A stretch of DNA of 64,000 bases from a virus (Duplodnaviria > Caudoviricetes), in IMG/VR virus record IMGVR_UViG_3300029305_003884, positions 1 through 64,000 of that record. One strand, written 5' to 3'. Position 1 is the first letter of the stretch. Each line of letters begins with the position of its first letter. The position numbers and the translations under genes are program-made. The notes below the pieces were generated by a model. It did not search any database. It saw nothing but the letters and a program-made list of their open reading frames with translations, and was not told the DNA's origin. Of this stretch, positions 18,543 through 28,954 are shown piece by piece.

Positions 18543-19830
18543 TTTCAGCTCCGTTGGATTCGGCAGAGAAACGCTTCTTCACCATGTCCTTACCAATAAG
18601 GACGGCAAACAGGCGGGCCATGGACACTGCCTTGTCCGAAATCTTAGCCTCGATGGAATTACGCTGTTCGGTATACAGCTTGTTCCAGTTGGCAGAAATG
18701 CATTCATGACTAATCATGTTGTCAATCTGGTTGTAAGTTGCCTGCGGAGTGAACGTCGTACCCGTCTTTTCGCAAAGATGAGTTTCTGGGGTGAACCAGT
18801 CCTTGCGAACACAGGCGTATGCGATGGAGCCGCATGCCACGGAAATCATCGGGTCGATGTCGCCGCTTGCGAGGTCGTAGTTCAGCGTGTTGGAACAGTG
18901 GATGACGAAATCGTACCTGCCATCCCTTTCATCGAGATAGGTGTTGGTGATGTTCTTGTAGTTCACGCTCGGGGAGCTGTAGTGGACGATGTGTCGCACG
19001 TCTCCATTTGCGAGGAGAAGCATCAGTTCGTTGGGGAGTTCGGAACCAGTGCAAATAGTGAAGTTGTACTTCTTGTGCTTGGCCACGATAAATTCACACA
19101 CGTTATTCGGGATGACCGCACCCTTCACGAGAATCTTCGGCTTGGAAATAACGCTGCTGTAAGTCCTTGCCTGGTTAACTGCGTAGACCTGGAACATCTG
19201 CGGGGAGATTGTGAACGGAAGGATTGTAACGTCGTTCTTCCTGTCTTCGGAAACGAATCCGATGTCGATAAGGGCATGCCTCAGTTCGGCAGTCGGAACG
19301 ATGATGGTATCGGCCACCTGGAGGAGGTCTTCAACAACACGGGCTTCGTAGATACTCTTGCCACGACCACCGACACCGTCCCAGACCAGTTCGTCGAGGA
19401 GGTAGATGATGCGGAAGTTAATCTTGCGGATTCGGTCGTTTTTCATTTCCTTTTCAAGGCTGACCTTTTCGCTGTCGTCCTTGTTGTATGCAGTGTCCAG
19501 CACAGTGTCGCCGACAGTGTTCTGGAAACTACTGAACTTCATCTTCTGGAGAACTTCAAAAACCGCAGGATTCTTGATGTTGTCGAGTATAACCACCGTT
19601 TCCTTGGTGATAGCCAATTTGGAATACAGGTTGATGAACATACCCGATGTCATCGAGATGTGGTTGAATGTGCATAGAGTGTCGTAGAACGGGCAAAGAT
19701 GGGCGAAATCTTCGTTAAAACGACCGCCAAAGAGTCGTGAATCACCATCGTTAACATGGATGATGTCAACCTCGGCCTTAACCTTGACCTTTTCTTCAAT
19801 GAGTTTGTCGTACAGCTCAGTAGCTTTCAT
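18493..19830 (-). CDS. Divergent GT-B-like glycosyltransferase
   Basis: IIYLLDELVWD...ADTIIVPTAELRHAL...ILPFTI resembles the GT4 N-domain. Confidence 0.5.
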   Translation of the reverse strand: MKATELYDKLIEEKVKVKAEVDIIHVNDGDSRLFGGRFNEDFAHLCPFYDTLCTFNHISMTSGMFINLYSKLAITKETVVILDNIKNPAVFEVLQKMKFSSFQNTVGDTVLDTAYNKDDSEKVSLEKEMKNDRIRKINFRIIYLLDELVWDGVGGRGKSIYEARVVEDLLQVADTIIVPTAELRHALIDIGFVSEDRKNDVTILPFTISPQMFQVYAVNQARTYSSVISKPKILVKGAVIPNNVCEFIVAKHKKYNFTICTGSELPNELMLLLANGDVRHIVHYSSPSVNYKNITNTYLDERDGRYDFVIHCSNTLNYDLASGDIDPMISVACGSIAYACVRKDWFTPETHLCEKTGTTFTPQATYNQIDNMISHECISANWNKLYTEQRNSIEAKISDKAVSMARLFAVLIGKDMVKKRFSAESNGAENGTDNGTSSGNAEAEN

Positions 19831-19868
19831 AGTATCCTTCTAACGTAAAAGGTTGTTATTTACGTTAG

Positions 19869-19883
19869 TAAAATACATTTTTT
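19869..19883 (-). promoter_or_regulatory. AAAAAATGTATTTTA upstream motif
   Basis: Identical 15-mer at 31532-31546; 2-mismatch copy at 48731-48745. Confidence 0.55.
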
Positions 19884-19886
19884 CAA

Positions 19887-21020
19887 CTACGTTGCATCAA
19901 AACTGGCAATCATTGAAATAATTTTATCCTTCGAACTGCTTCCGTCGCTCAAAGTCGGGGGAGGAGTCTCGGCATTTTCCATGAACAGGCGGGCGACTTC
20001 CATCTGGCTCATCGTCACAACCTTCTTGGCTTCCTCGTCGTCTTCTTCCACAATGGCAACGGCATCTTCGGGGTCCCTCTCGTCGGTACGCTTGCCGTAC
20101 GGGGACTGGAACACATGTAGAGGCTTCTTCGCCTTCAACTTGTCGAGCGGAATAATGGCTTCCTCGGAAGTCTTGGTCACGTCGTTGTTATACTTGACCA
20201 GATGTCCACTAAGCTCGGGAAGGGCATCGATATCGTCAAAGTCGTTAACCTCGATATAGCGTTCGCCGATGGTATTTTCGATGAAATTGAGTTTCATCGT
20301 GTCAGTATCGCAAGTGTAATAACCAGGGATAGTATTCAGGTGGGCAAACGACAGGTGATACGGGCTTCCGAGATAGACGAAACGGGTGTTCCCAATCTTC
20401 TTCGCCGACTTGCAGTGGTAATGGCCGCTGATGACATAGGAACAGTACTTGGCCATCTCAGTCGGTTCAAAGCCGCTGACCGAAATGTTGCCGCCTTCCA
20501 TCAGCATACCCATGATATCGAAATGACCGAAGAACACGTTTACAGCCCTCTGTTCAGGAGTGCTTCCGACCGCCTTCATATATTCAAGAGCCTTAGCCTT
20601 GTTTTCAGCAGTGCCGAGCCACGGGAACAGATGCCATGTGGCCTTGCCGAACTGCATCGCAACGGGCTCCTTGTCAATCAGGGTCACGTTCGGGAGGTAA
20701 TGCAGGAATTCCAATGACGTAAGGCAATCGGAATTTTCGTACTGCATGTCGTGATTTCCCGTAATCGTGATGATTTTGAAATCCTTCATGCGCTTGGCAA
20801 AAAGGTCGATTACATAGTGGAGGGACTCTACCGTGATGATATTGCGGTTATCAAAGATGTCGCCGCTGAACAGGATGGTGTCGATACCTTCCTTCTTGAA
20901 CTCGTCAATGATTTTATCGAACAGCTCATCACGCTTCTTGTTGTGGTAGTCCGTAATGGGCTGGTTGTGGTAGAACGTCTGGCCGACATGGATGTCGCCG
21001 ATGATTCCGATTTTACTCAT
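19887..21020 (-). CDS. Recombination endonuclease (T4 gp47/SbcD/Mre11-like)
   Basis: GDIH, GDIFD, GNHD, FGHF, SGHYH, YLGSPY. Confidence 0.92.
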   Translation of the reverse strand: MSKIGIIGDIHVGQTFYHNQPITDYHNKKRDELFDKIIDEFKKEGIDTILFSGDIFDNRNIITVESLHYVIDLFAKRMKDFKIITITGNHDMQYENSDCLTSLEFLHYLPNVTLIDKEPVAMQFGKATWHLFPWLGTAENKAKALEYMKAVGSTPEQRAVNVFFGHFDIMGMLMEGGNISVSGFEPTEMAKYCSYVISGHYHCKSAKKIGNTRFVYLGSPYHLSFAHLNTIPGYYTCDTDTMKLNFIENTIGERYIEVNDFDDIDALPELSGHLVKYNNDVTKTSEEAIIPLDKLKAKKPLHVFQSPYGKRTDERDPEDAVAIVEEDDEEAKKVVTMSQMEVARLFMENAETPPPTLSDGSSSKDKIISMIASFDAT

Positions 21021-21708
21021 TTGTTGCGTCCTTGTTTTCAATTTGTTTCTGCTTTGCGTTCTTCTCTTCTTCCTGGAAGAACAGGATAAGCTTGTTCATA
21101 TCATCTGGGGTTGCATCCATGGTTCCGTCGTCGTTAGCCAGCTTCTTGGCATCCTCGGCTTCCTTGATTTCCATGGTAAGCAGGTCTTCTTCCTTGCGGA
21201 GTTCCTGGGTCACCTTCAATAGGCGTTCAAGGCTCTGGCCAACGCTCGAAATCATCGAGCTTACTGCGGACCACATCTTGTCGGTCATGTCAAGAGAACT
21301 TTCGACTTGGTCGTTCAGCTTATCCATGAGGTTAGACGATATGTCGTAAAGGCGGTTGGCCTGTGCCCTAATCCTTGCACATTCGGCAAAATGCTGTTCA
21401 GGAGTGAGCTTCCCAAGTTTTTCTTGGGCGAGAAGGGCCGTTCCCTTGGTCTCGAATATCGCCGTCTTCGCCTGAATCTTCCTGACCATCTGCTTGGTCT
21501 CTTCGATTCCTTCCTTGGTTGAACCGATAGGAAGTTTCAACTTTTCTTCCAACGCAGTGAAGATATCCGTCTTCTGTTCTTCAGGTTGGTCTTCATGTGG
21601 CGGTTCGGCCTTGGCTTCGACAGGCTTCTCTGCGGGAGCGGGCTCCGTACTCGGGTCCACATCCCACGGCATGTTCATGTTAAACGGATTAAAAGTTTCG
21701 TCGGTCAT
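21013..21708 (-). CDS. Possible terminase small subunit (gp16-like)
   Basis: Helical core LMDKL...KMWSAVSSMISSV..SLERLLKV resembles gp16; near terL. Confidence 0.45.
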   Translation of the reverse strand: MTDETFNPFNMNMPWDVDPSTEPAPAEKPVEAKAEPPHEDQPEEQKTDIFTALEEKLKLPIGSTKEGIEETKQMVRKIQAKTAIFETKGTALLAQEKLGKLTPEQHFAECARIRAQANRLYDISSNLMDKLNDQVESSLDMTDKMWSAVSSMISSVGQSLERLLKVTQELRKEEDLLTMEIKEAEDAKKLANDDGTMDATPDDMNKLILFFQEEEKNAKQKQIENKDATNE

Positions 21709-22238
21709 TATCTTTCACCCTCCTCACTATCAAGGTCAATAAGGCCCTGCTTTCCAGACTCGACTGCAAGAGAGTTCAGGTCAAGGATGGTTTGGACATT
21801 CTTTGGATAATACCTGACAGCATCGGCAAATCCTTTCAAATTCTCGATATATGCACGCTTCTTCTTGATTCTGAGGTCCAGCTTGGCAATCGCTTCCTTT
21901 CCAGACAGGTACATCGTCACGTTATCCTTGGTCTTCTCGAAAGGCTGCCTGCTGTTCATCAACTTCTCAAATTCTTCCGCCCACAATGCGACACGTTCCT
22001 TTTCAAGGTCAGCAAGCTGAATCTGTGCCTGCATCAGGAGCCCGTTTGCGTTAATCTGACCATCGCCGATGTTCTCAACCATGTTTTCCAGCATGATGTT
22101 GACATCGAACTTACCCTTCTTGTTCTTGGTTCTAACCTTGTCCTTCATCCAGTCAGCAAGCTTCTCGATATTGGAATCGAGGTTTACCTGGCCGTTCTCA
22201 TCAGCGGGGTGCTGGATAACCTTTACATTTTCTGGCAT
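21708..22238 (-). CDS. UvsY-like recombination mediator
   Basis: Size, helical pattern (KTKDNVTMYLSG...YIENLK) and position near gp47. Confidence 0.45.
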   Translation of the reverse strand: MPENVKVIQHPADENGQVNLDSNIEKLADWMKDKVRTKNKKGKFDVNIMLENMVENIGDGQINANGLLMQAQIQLADLEKERVALWAEEFEKLMNSRQPFEKTKDNVTMYLSGKEAIAKLDLRIKKKRAYIENLKGFADAVRYYPKNVQTILDLNSLAVESGKQGLIDLDSEEGER

Positions 22239-22278
22239 AACAATCCTCAGAGGGGGAATAATACATGTATTCCTCCAA

Positions 22279-22307
22279 AATATATAATTTTATGAAATTT
22301 CTGGCAA
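22279..22307 (-). promoter_or_regulatory. Host sigma70-type promoter
   Basis: TTGCCA-17 nt-TATATT. Confidence 0.7.
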
Positions 22308-22321
22308 GTGGGGGTGTTAAA

Positions 22322-22756
22322 TTACTCGCCATTCATTGCGGATGATATACGGTCGCTGTAATCGCCGCCATGTGTTTTCTTGAACATGAGTTCCTTATTG
22401 GTCAACCCAGCGGTATATTTGTATACGTACAGGGCCACGACGACCGCAGCACCGTAGAAATCATACATTTCCGCCTCGCTATCAAATTCGCCAGCTGCCT
22501 TTTTGGCATAGGTATCGAACAGCTTGCTGAATCCGTCGGCATCCAGTTCCTTTCCGTTAACTGAAATACGTTTGCCATCGACAAGAAGGCAGGAATATAC
22601 GGCAAGCAAGGAGGCAGCGTCTGCAACAGCCCGTTTACTAACATGAGGGAAAGCACGTTGCAAAAAGATGTTAAGAAGGTTCACCTTTTCCTTGTCTATT
22701 GAAATCTCGCCCTTATGGTACAGTCTGTCCATCAATGTGTCAATGTCTTTCGTCAT
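22322..22756 (-). CDS. Hypothetical late protein
   Basis: TATAAACTA at 22777-22785 upstream. Confidence 0.65.
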   Translation of the reverse strand: MTKDIDTLMDRLYHKGEISIDKEKVNLLNIFLQRAFPHVSKRAVADAASLLAVYSCLLVDGKRISVNGKELDADGFSKLFDTYAKKAAGEFDSEAEMYDFYGAAVVVALYVYKYTAGLTNKELMFKKTHGGDYSDRISSAMNGE

Positions 22757-22780
22757 AGAGCCACCACGCTTTCCTGTAGT

Positions 22781-24445
22781 TTATACGCTAGCTTCTGCCA
22801 GAGCCCCAAGTTTATGCTGCTCCTTCATGGCATCGGGAGACTTGATGAAGTCGATTGCATCAACATAGCGGTTCCTCATGTCGGTGCTCAACCTCATGAT
22901 TTCCGTCTCGGTGAGGTTTTCGATTTCCTCGTAGTTGCCATAGTACATCGTCGTGTTGAGGTAGTAGACAATCCAGTATAGCGATGTCACATGGTCGTCA
23001 TGCGTGTTTCCGCCGCCACCCCAGGTATTCTGAGTCTTCTGCGTGAACGTCATGAGTTCCATAATCGTGTTGTAGTCATGAACAGTCAGGTACCCACGCT
23101 GGATGTACATCTTCAGGAGGATTACCACGTTGCTCTTCAATGTCGGAGTAGCCCACAGGCCACGGCACTTCGTATCAAACTGGATTATGTTAGGATACAT
23201 AGCCACGTTGAAGAAGTAGTCATAGGTAGACTTTCCAGGGCCGTTATATTCTATGACGAGGAACGGGTTGTGGTAGAACTTCAACATGATGTTCGCTATC
23301 TTACAGAAGTCGTTCACTTCCGTAGCGTTAGACGACATGGTAAACACCTGTTCGCACCTTATGTTGGAATACACCTTCACAATCTGCAAGACATGGTAGT
23401 CCTGTCTCATACCGTACGCCGTATCTATCGATGCGACATAGGAATATCCCTTCGCCTCGACCACGTTGGCTGGCTCAGGGTACTTGAACACCCTCATTGA
23501 GATATCCCGTGTGATTTCGGCCAGCTCTGGGGGCCAGATGCTGTTGTCAAACGGCAGCGGGTCTGACGCCTTCAACTTTTCTAGGCTACGGTAGTCGATA
23601 AGGGTGATACCAGAACCGACGAACTCGCATTCGTATTCCTGCCTGAAACGCTGGTCGCCAATTTTGACTTTTTCTGCGTTCGCCCACGCCTCGGTTCGGC
23701 CAGGTACTTTGTCCCATGTAACAACGGAGCGAACATAAAGGTCGTTGTGTCCCTTTTCGTACTCGGCTTCTGCCTGTTCCAGTTCCAACGATGTCTGCCA
23801 CATGTCGTAGAAATGGTTCATTCCGTTAGGCGTCGACGTGATGATGCAACGGGTAGTCTTACCCGAAGAAATAGACGGCATAACGGAAGCAATGAACTCG
23901 GCAGCGAGGTTCGGCCTAAGGAACGCAAATTCGTCAAGGTACAACAGGTTGATTGAGAAACCACGGATGTTGTCAGGCGATGAAGAAGAAACGATGATAC
24001 GGGAGTTGTTCGAAAACTGGATGGAAGTCTTGTTCCACAGTTTCACACCTGGCTGCAACCATACGGGAAGTCGGCTGTACGAATCACGGAGCTGCTGCAT
24101 CTGTTCCTTAGCCAACGACAGCTTGTTACCAATCATGGCGATAAGCTGGTCCTTATGGAAGATGCCCCACCACAGAATGAAGCCACGCACAATGGTAGAT
24201 TTGCCCACCTGGCGTGACCACTTATTGATATTGAACCTGTATTTCAGGAACCGCTGGATGGCGGCCTCCTGGAAATCATACAGGTCGAACAACTGCATAC
24301 CGTTGTCCTTTGTGTTGATATACACGTAGTTGCGGATGAAGTAAATCGGGTCAAGGGCGCACTTCTTAATTTCCTTTAACTTGTAAAGGTCGAGCTTGAC
24401 TGACTCATTTGCATCTCGCAAATTAGGAATTCCGTTAAATGGCAT
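22781..24445 (-). CDS. terL: Terminase large subunit (T4 gp17-like)
   Basis: Walker A RQVGKST, Walker B LDEFAF, TSTPNGMNHFY, FRQEYECEF, nuclease D residues (SIDTA, HDDHV). Confidence 0.97.
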   Translation of the reverse strand: MPFNGIPNLRDANESVKLDLYKLKEIKKCALDPIYFIRNYVYINTKDNGMQLFDLYDFQEAAIQRFLKYRFNINKWSRQVGKSTIVRGFILWWGIFHKDQLIAMIGNKLSLAKEQMQQLRDSYSRLPVWLQPGVKLWNKTSIQFSNNSRIIVSSSSPDNIRGFSINLLYLDEFAFLRPNLAAEFIASVMPSISSGKTTRCIITSTPNGMNHFYDMWQTSLELEQAEAEYEKGHNDLYVRSVVTWDKVPGRTEAWANAEKVKIGDQRFRQEYECEFVGSGITLIDYRSLEKLKASDPLPFDNSIWPPELAEITRDISMRVFKYPEPANVVEAKGYSYVASIDTAYGMRQDYHVLQIVKVYSNIRCEQVFTMSSNATEVNDFCKIANIMLKFYHNPFLVIEYNGPGKSTYDYFFNVAMYPNIIQFDTKCRGLWATPTLKSNVVILLKMYIQRGYLTVHDYNTIMELMTFTQKTQNTWGGGGNTHDDHVTSLYWIVYYLNTTMYYGNYEEIENLTETEIMRLSTDMRNRYVDAIDFIKSPDAMKEQHKLGALAEASV

Positions 24446-24469
24446 GTGTCTCTCCTTATTTGTATCTGG

Positions 24470-26170
24470 CTATGCGTCGGCGGGGAATCCTGCCCTCCTG
24501 TTAGACTCGGCGATTTCGTCCTCGGTCATTTGGGCACGGGTCAATCTACCCTGTTTCAAATTAACCTGCCTGCGCTCTTCGGCATGCTTGTGGGCGACGT
24601 TGTCCAAGTCTTCCATGATAATCTGATGCATGGTCTGTTTATCCGCATCGCTCATTCGATAGTACTTGCCGTTCCTGATATCGAGGATGTATCCAAGACG
24701 CATCAGGTGCTTGTGACGGTCATTTCCAGTATGGTAAAGTGATGAAAGTAACTCCTTTCCTACGGTACGCCAAGGACCTGCGTTCTTGTCAACGTCAGGA
24801 GCGTTGGTGATATCGTTTTGGGCGGCGTTCTGAGCAGGTACGTTCCGCCTGTTGGGAACCTGCTGCCTAGTCACATTAGAAACCTGTCCTTCGGCACCAG
24901 CATTGTAGGATGCGGCACCAGCACCCATCATCTCTTTTCCATAGCGGCCAACCTGAGATTCACCACGACGATGCGGGTCACGGGCCTTCTCTATGAACGG
25001 CTTCTGGTCTTCTTTAGTCATGAGGAACACAGGAGCAGGGAGATATTTCAGGTATTCATCCGACGGGTTTCTCAACATCCGTTCGAGCAGTGCTTTTCCC
25101 TCGGGTGTCAACGGATTGTAACTCAGGTCCAAGCCAGTCTTGTAAGAGAATGCCTTGGCAAATTTATTCATGTCCATGATTTCGGCATTCTTGGTAAATC
25201 CCATTGAGGCGTAGTATTTGTCCTTGTCGACCACGTCGCCGAATTCATTACGTCCTTGGGCTGCCAAATCCTCTACGCTCATGTTCTTTTCTGCGTATGC
25301 GGATGCTTCTTTCAGCTTCTTGCTGAACATCGGAAGGAACTGTTCCTTGTAATACTGTTCAGTATACTGCTTCAACATCTTGGCCTTTGCACCTTCCTCG
25401 TCGAAATACGGGAGGAAATCACTATTCTGTTCCCAGTATTCCTCAAATCCTTTCAGGTACTCTGCATAGGCTTCTTTGTCGATAACCTTGTTGCCGAACT
25501 CATTCATGCCGTTCATGTAATAGAAGAACTGCTTCGAATGGTTCAGTGCAGTTTTCGCATCGACAATCTCCAGGTTCTTTGTAAAACCGAACTTTTCGGC
25601 AAAGGCATCGTCATCCGTAGTGTGGACAGAGTCCTCTTTATTTACACTGGTCGTCTTGGCGACAGCATCTAGCTTATCCATCAGGCTACCGCCAGCTGTC
25701 ATCAGGATGTCGCTCGTACGGTCAGCAGCACTCATTGCATATTTGGCAAACGGATTCTTAGACATCTGCTCTTCCACAGCAGCTTTCGCTGTCTTGACAG
25801 CATCTTCCTCGTAAGCGATATCCTTTACTTCATTAGAGACTTTCGACGTTGATGTAGCAACATCATAAATGGCCAAGCCGACCATAACGACAGCTGCGGC
25901 CCATCCAATAAAGGGAATAGAGGCACCACCAGCAGCGGCGGCGATTTTAGCAATAAGACCGCAGACAGAAGACCGAAGGGCTGTTCCTATAAGGACGCTC
26001 GACAGAGACAAACCTACGACAGAGCCAACACTTTCGAACTGAGGCTTATACACAGTTTGATGCAACCTGATGATAGCATTGGCCGTATCCTGGTCAATAC
26101 CATCTATTGCTTTCAATGCGGCTTCCATCAAAGCGTAGTTATCATTTTTGGGGCAATACTTTGAGTACAT
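24470..26170 (-). CDS. Leader-family protein with hydrophobic hairpin (candidate ejected membrane protein)
   Basis: Leader-like LMEAALKAIDGIDQDTANAIIRLHQTVY..FES followed by two hydrophobic G/A-rich segments. Confidence 0.6.
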   Translation of the reverse strand: MYSKYCPKNDNYALMEAALKAIDGIDQDTANAIIRLHQTVYKPQFESVGSVVGLSLSSVLIGTALRSSVCGLIAKIAAAAGGASIPFIGWAAAVVMVGLAIYDVATSTSKVSNEVKDIAYEEDAVKTAKAAVEEQMSKNPFAKYAMSAADRTSDILMTAGGSLMDKLDAVAKTTSVNKEDSVHTTDDDAFAEKFGFTKNLEIVDAKTALNHSKQFFYYMNGMNEFGNKVIDKEAYAEYLKGFEEYWEQNSDFLPYFDEEGAKAKMLKQYTEQYYKEQFLPMFSKKLKEASAYAEKNMSVEDLAAQGRNEFGDVVDKDKYYASMGFTKNAEIMDMNKFAKAFSYKTGLDLSYNPLTPEGKALLERMLRNPSDEYLKYLPAPVFLMTKEDQKPFIEKARDPHRRGESQVGRYGKEMMGAGAASYNAGAEGQVSNVTRQQVPNRRNVPAQNAAQNDITNAPDVDKNAGPWRTVGKELLSSLYHTGNDRHKHLMRLGYILDIRNGKYYRMSDADKQTMHQIIMEDLDNVAHKHAEERRQVNLKQGRLTRAQMTEDEIAESNRRAGFPADA

Positions 26171-27320
26171 TTTTCAACAACTCCGGTTTCTTGACGAGCG
26201 TCTCAATAAATTCTTTTATGACCACGTTGGGTACACCAGCGTTACTCTTCTTGATGATTTCGGCAAGCACCTTGGTAACTGGCGTTCCCATCGACTGTAT
26301 GAGGGAAGCGGCATCACCAATTATACCAGCCTGGTTAGCCATGTCCGCCATAGCCGCATCCGACTCTGCCGTAGTGGCCGTTGCATCAGGAGCAAACTCA
26401 CGAGCCAAATCTGGCCAAGCCTTGTCACGGCTGTTCTTCGGAAGCAATGCATCTTCAACATCATCATACTCTGGGTCAGCAGGAGCAGGCGTTCCATGGC
26501 AGCGTTGTACAAATGACATAAATTGCTGTGTACCCTCATTATTTCGGCACCACGGGCCAGGACATGGTTTACCCGTGATATCATAATGACGTATAATCTG
26601 TGCGCCAGGGTATTTTTTCAACAACCAAGCGACAAGCTTTGCCGTATTGGCCAAAGTGGCATCACTCAGGTAATAGTTAGGGTCTAGTGCAGACGTAGTC
26701 GTTATGTCCTTTATCCCACCCTTATAGTTGCTGCACATCTCGATGGAAAGGGTGTTCTTGTAATTGGCCGTCCCGTAATACCGAGCAGCGTCATTCATTC
26801 CACGCTCTTTTGCCTCGGCTTTATACTTTTCAACCTCAGCTCTACCACCAGCGGCACCGACAGCGAACGTGTAGTAATGGTCCAAATCAGGATTGTATTG
26901 GTACACTTCACCATCGTCAACGATGAAGTCAGCAGACGCTTTTTTTCCTGGTGTAAATCGGGTTCTTGTTGCCTGTCCAGCCTTAGACGAACCACCAGCC
27001 GTGTAATGCAATGCTATGTATTCGACCTCTCGCTTGTCCGTGCGCTGCACGTTTGTCGGAATGCTGTTTCTCGTTATATTGAACGGAACCTGTTCCTTTT
27101 CACCGCCTTCAGACGAATTGTCTTGTTTTGATTCTTGCTTATCTTCCTTCTTTTCGTCCTTCGGTTCTTCTTTCTTATCTTCCTTTTTCTCAGGCGCTGC
27201 GGCTGGCTTGTATCCAGCCCCGTCCTCAAACAAGGTACGATAAAGGGAGATGACGGCATCTTTCTGCACCTCATTCAATCCCCTGTATCTGTTTACCGAC
27301 TCTATGAAGATATTTTTCAT
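26142..27320 (-). CDS. N-acetylmuramoyl-L-alanine amidase (Amidase_2) with family leader
   Basis: YIALHYTA, SADFIVD, SIEMC, IIRHYDITGKPCPG. Confidence 0.9.
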   Translation of the reverse strand: MKNIFIESVNRYRGLNEVQKDAVISLYRTLFEDGAGYKPAAAPEKKEDKKEEPKDEKKEDKQESKQDNSSEGGEKEQVPFNITRNSIPTNVQRTDKREVEYIALHYTAGGSSKAGQATRTRFTPGKKASADFIVDDGEVYQYNPDLDHYYTFAVGAAGGRAEVEKYKAEAKERGMNDAARYYGTANYKNTLSIEMCSNYKGGIKDITTTSALDPNYYLSDATLANTAKLVAWLLKKYPGAQIIRHYDITGKPCPGPWCRNNEGTQQFMSFVQRCHGTPAPADPEYDDVEDALLPKNSRDKAWPDLAREFAPDATATTAESDAAMADMANQAGIIGDAASLIQSMGTPVTKVLAEIIKKSNAGVPNVVIKEFIETLVKKPELLKNVLKVLPQK

Positions 27321-27345
27321 CGCATTGCACCATGTATTTCAGAAA

Positions 27346-27414
27346 TAGTTTATAACGTAGAGGCGATAAAAACGCCATATCGGTAGCTCATTTGTTGTCC
27401 AATCTTATAAACTA
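27346..27414. promoter_or_regulatory. Back-to-back late promoters
   Basis: TAGTTTATA at 27346-27354 and TATAAACTA at 27406-27414. Confidence 0.8.
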
Positions 27415-27455
27415 TTTGCATAACAATGTTGGCTATTGCCATATAGGATGTAATT

Positions 27456-28217
27456 ATGGATATGTATGATATTCCGACAGAGAAAGAACTTCTTGGCCAG
27501 GTGAAGGCTCACTTGGAGACTAAGAAGCCCGTTAAAACGCTCGATGCGAATGAAGTGTTCCCGTTCTGGAACGCAGCTTCCGTTTCGACCGCTGATACCA
27601 ATTCCATGCGTAAGCCGCCCAAGAAGGGTTTGGTAATGCCGAACGACAAGGTCGGCTGTGTCAAGCCTCTCAAGACCATCAAGGAATGGAAGGACGAACG
27701 CATCAAGGGTCACAAGGAAACGACGAGCGAAGCTCAGAAGGAACCCGAAGTCAAGAAGACAGCAGCACAGCTCGAAGCAACTTCTGGCACTCCGAAGTTC
27801 AAGCCAGTCAATGCAACCGTCGACACGACCTACACCGTTAAGGGTGGTCCGACCGTCAAGGGTAAGTCTCTCATTGGCACCATCAAGCCAATCAAGGCTG
27901 GTGAAGCAATCTCCATAAGCGACATGAAGACGCTCATCTCCGCAATCAGGTCAAAGAACCTCCCGAACAACGTCGGTATCGTCAAGCCGCAAAAGAACCC
28001 GACTCTCAAGGTCGGCGGACGTGACGACTTCGGTGTCGTGACAAGCGACAAGCCGATGAAGAACCCGAACCCGAAGGCATTCGCAAAGTATGCCCAGAAG
28101 GACATGGACGGAAAGAAGACGGAAAAGCTCGTTGAACTCGGAAAGCCCGAATACAAGAAGGAACCTCCGAAGACTTCGAACGCTAACCTCGTCGGTTCCG
28201 TAAAGGTGAAGAAGTAA
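27456..28217 (+). CDS. Lys/Pro-rich basic late protein
   Basis: Very K-rich with repeated VGxVKP-type motifs. Confidence 0.7.
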   Translation: MDMYDIPTEKELLGQVKAHLETKKPVKTLDANEVFPFWNAASVSTADTNSMRKPPKKGLVMPNDKVGCVKPLKTIKEWKDERIKGHKETTSEAQKEPEVKKTAAQLEATSGTPKFKPVNATVDTTYTVKGGPTVKGKSLIGTIKPIKAGEAISISDMKTLISAIRSKNLPNNVGIVKPQKNPTLKVGGRDDFGVVTSDKPMKNPNPKAFAKYAQKDMDGKKTEKLVELGKPEYKKEPPKTSNANLVGSVKVKK

Positions 28218-28220
28218 GAT

Positions 28221-28946
28221 ATGACGGAAAAAATGCCTATATACACTCCCCGAACTGTCAGGGAGTTGCATCGTAACCTTGTGCGAAATCCTGTGCCCGT
28301 GCATCAGGGTTTCATAAGGTGCCGTATAGGCGACCTTCCCGTATCTTACGACCCCGACTATGACGGGAAACACCACGTAGATGACGTCACGAAGGCGCAC
28401 ACAGCGCCTCCTCCCGAGACGGTCAACGCTAACATCGACAACTTCACGGCCCCTGGTCTTAGTCTGAACTACGCCAAGGAAAGCCATTACAAGTTCACGG
28501 TTTACGTTCCGACAACGGAGGACAACGAATACAATGACTCTATCTCGATAAGCATGTATTGTGACGACTACTACGAGAACTACTGGGCACTTCACCGCTA
28601 CATGGAAACCATCCAGAGCGGTCAGACGGACGCATTCCCAATCCTAGACCACAACCACAGGGTCTACGGGTACGACCACAGGTACAGGAACAGGCTGATG
28701 TATATCCCTCACATCGATTTCCACTTCGGTGATGACAGGGCTCAACATCACATGATTGTCCGTTACTACCGCTGTTTCCCGACGAGCATCAGTGCTTTGA
28801 CGGTTACACCAGGTAGTGCCGCTGCGTTGAAGTTCAGCATGTCGTTCAATTACCAGATAAAGAGGATTATCCGCCTCCCCGACCCCAACTCGCTTATGTC
28901 CGCAATCTGTGTGGTTACTGGTGGAGAGACCAGTAACTCATACTAG
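28221..28946 (+). CDS. Tail tube-like protein (gp3/gp19 fold)
   Basis: FTAPGLSL, YCDDYYENY, RYYRCFPTSISAL, FSMSFNY. Confidence 0.6.
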   Translation: MTEKMPIYTPRTVRELHRNLVRNPVPVHQGFIRCRIGDLPVSYDPDYDGKHHVDDVTKAHTAPPPETVNANIDNFTAPGLSLNYAKESHYKFTVYVPTTEDNEYNDSISISMYCDDYYENYWALHRYMETIQSGQTDAFPILDHNHRVYGYDHRYRNRLMYIPHIDFHFGDDRAQHHMIVRYYRCFPTSISALTVTPGSAAALKFSMSFNYQIKRIIRLPDPNSLMSAICVVTGGETSNSY

Positions 28947-28954
28947 GAGCATCT

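Noticed and set aside
22781-24445. Intein or intron in terminase
   Set aside because: The length (554 aa) and motif spacing are normal.
27375-27400. GGTAGCTCA resembling a tRNA D-arm start
   Set aside because: No anticodon arm, TTC T-loop or acceptor stem; it lies between two promoters.
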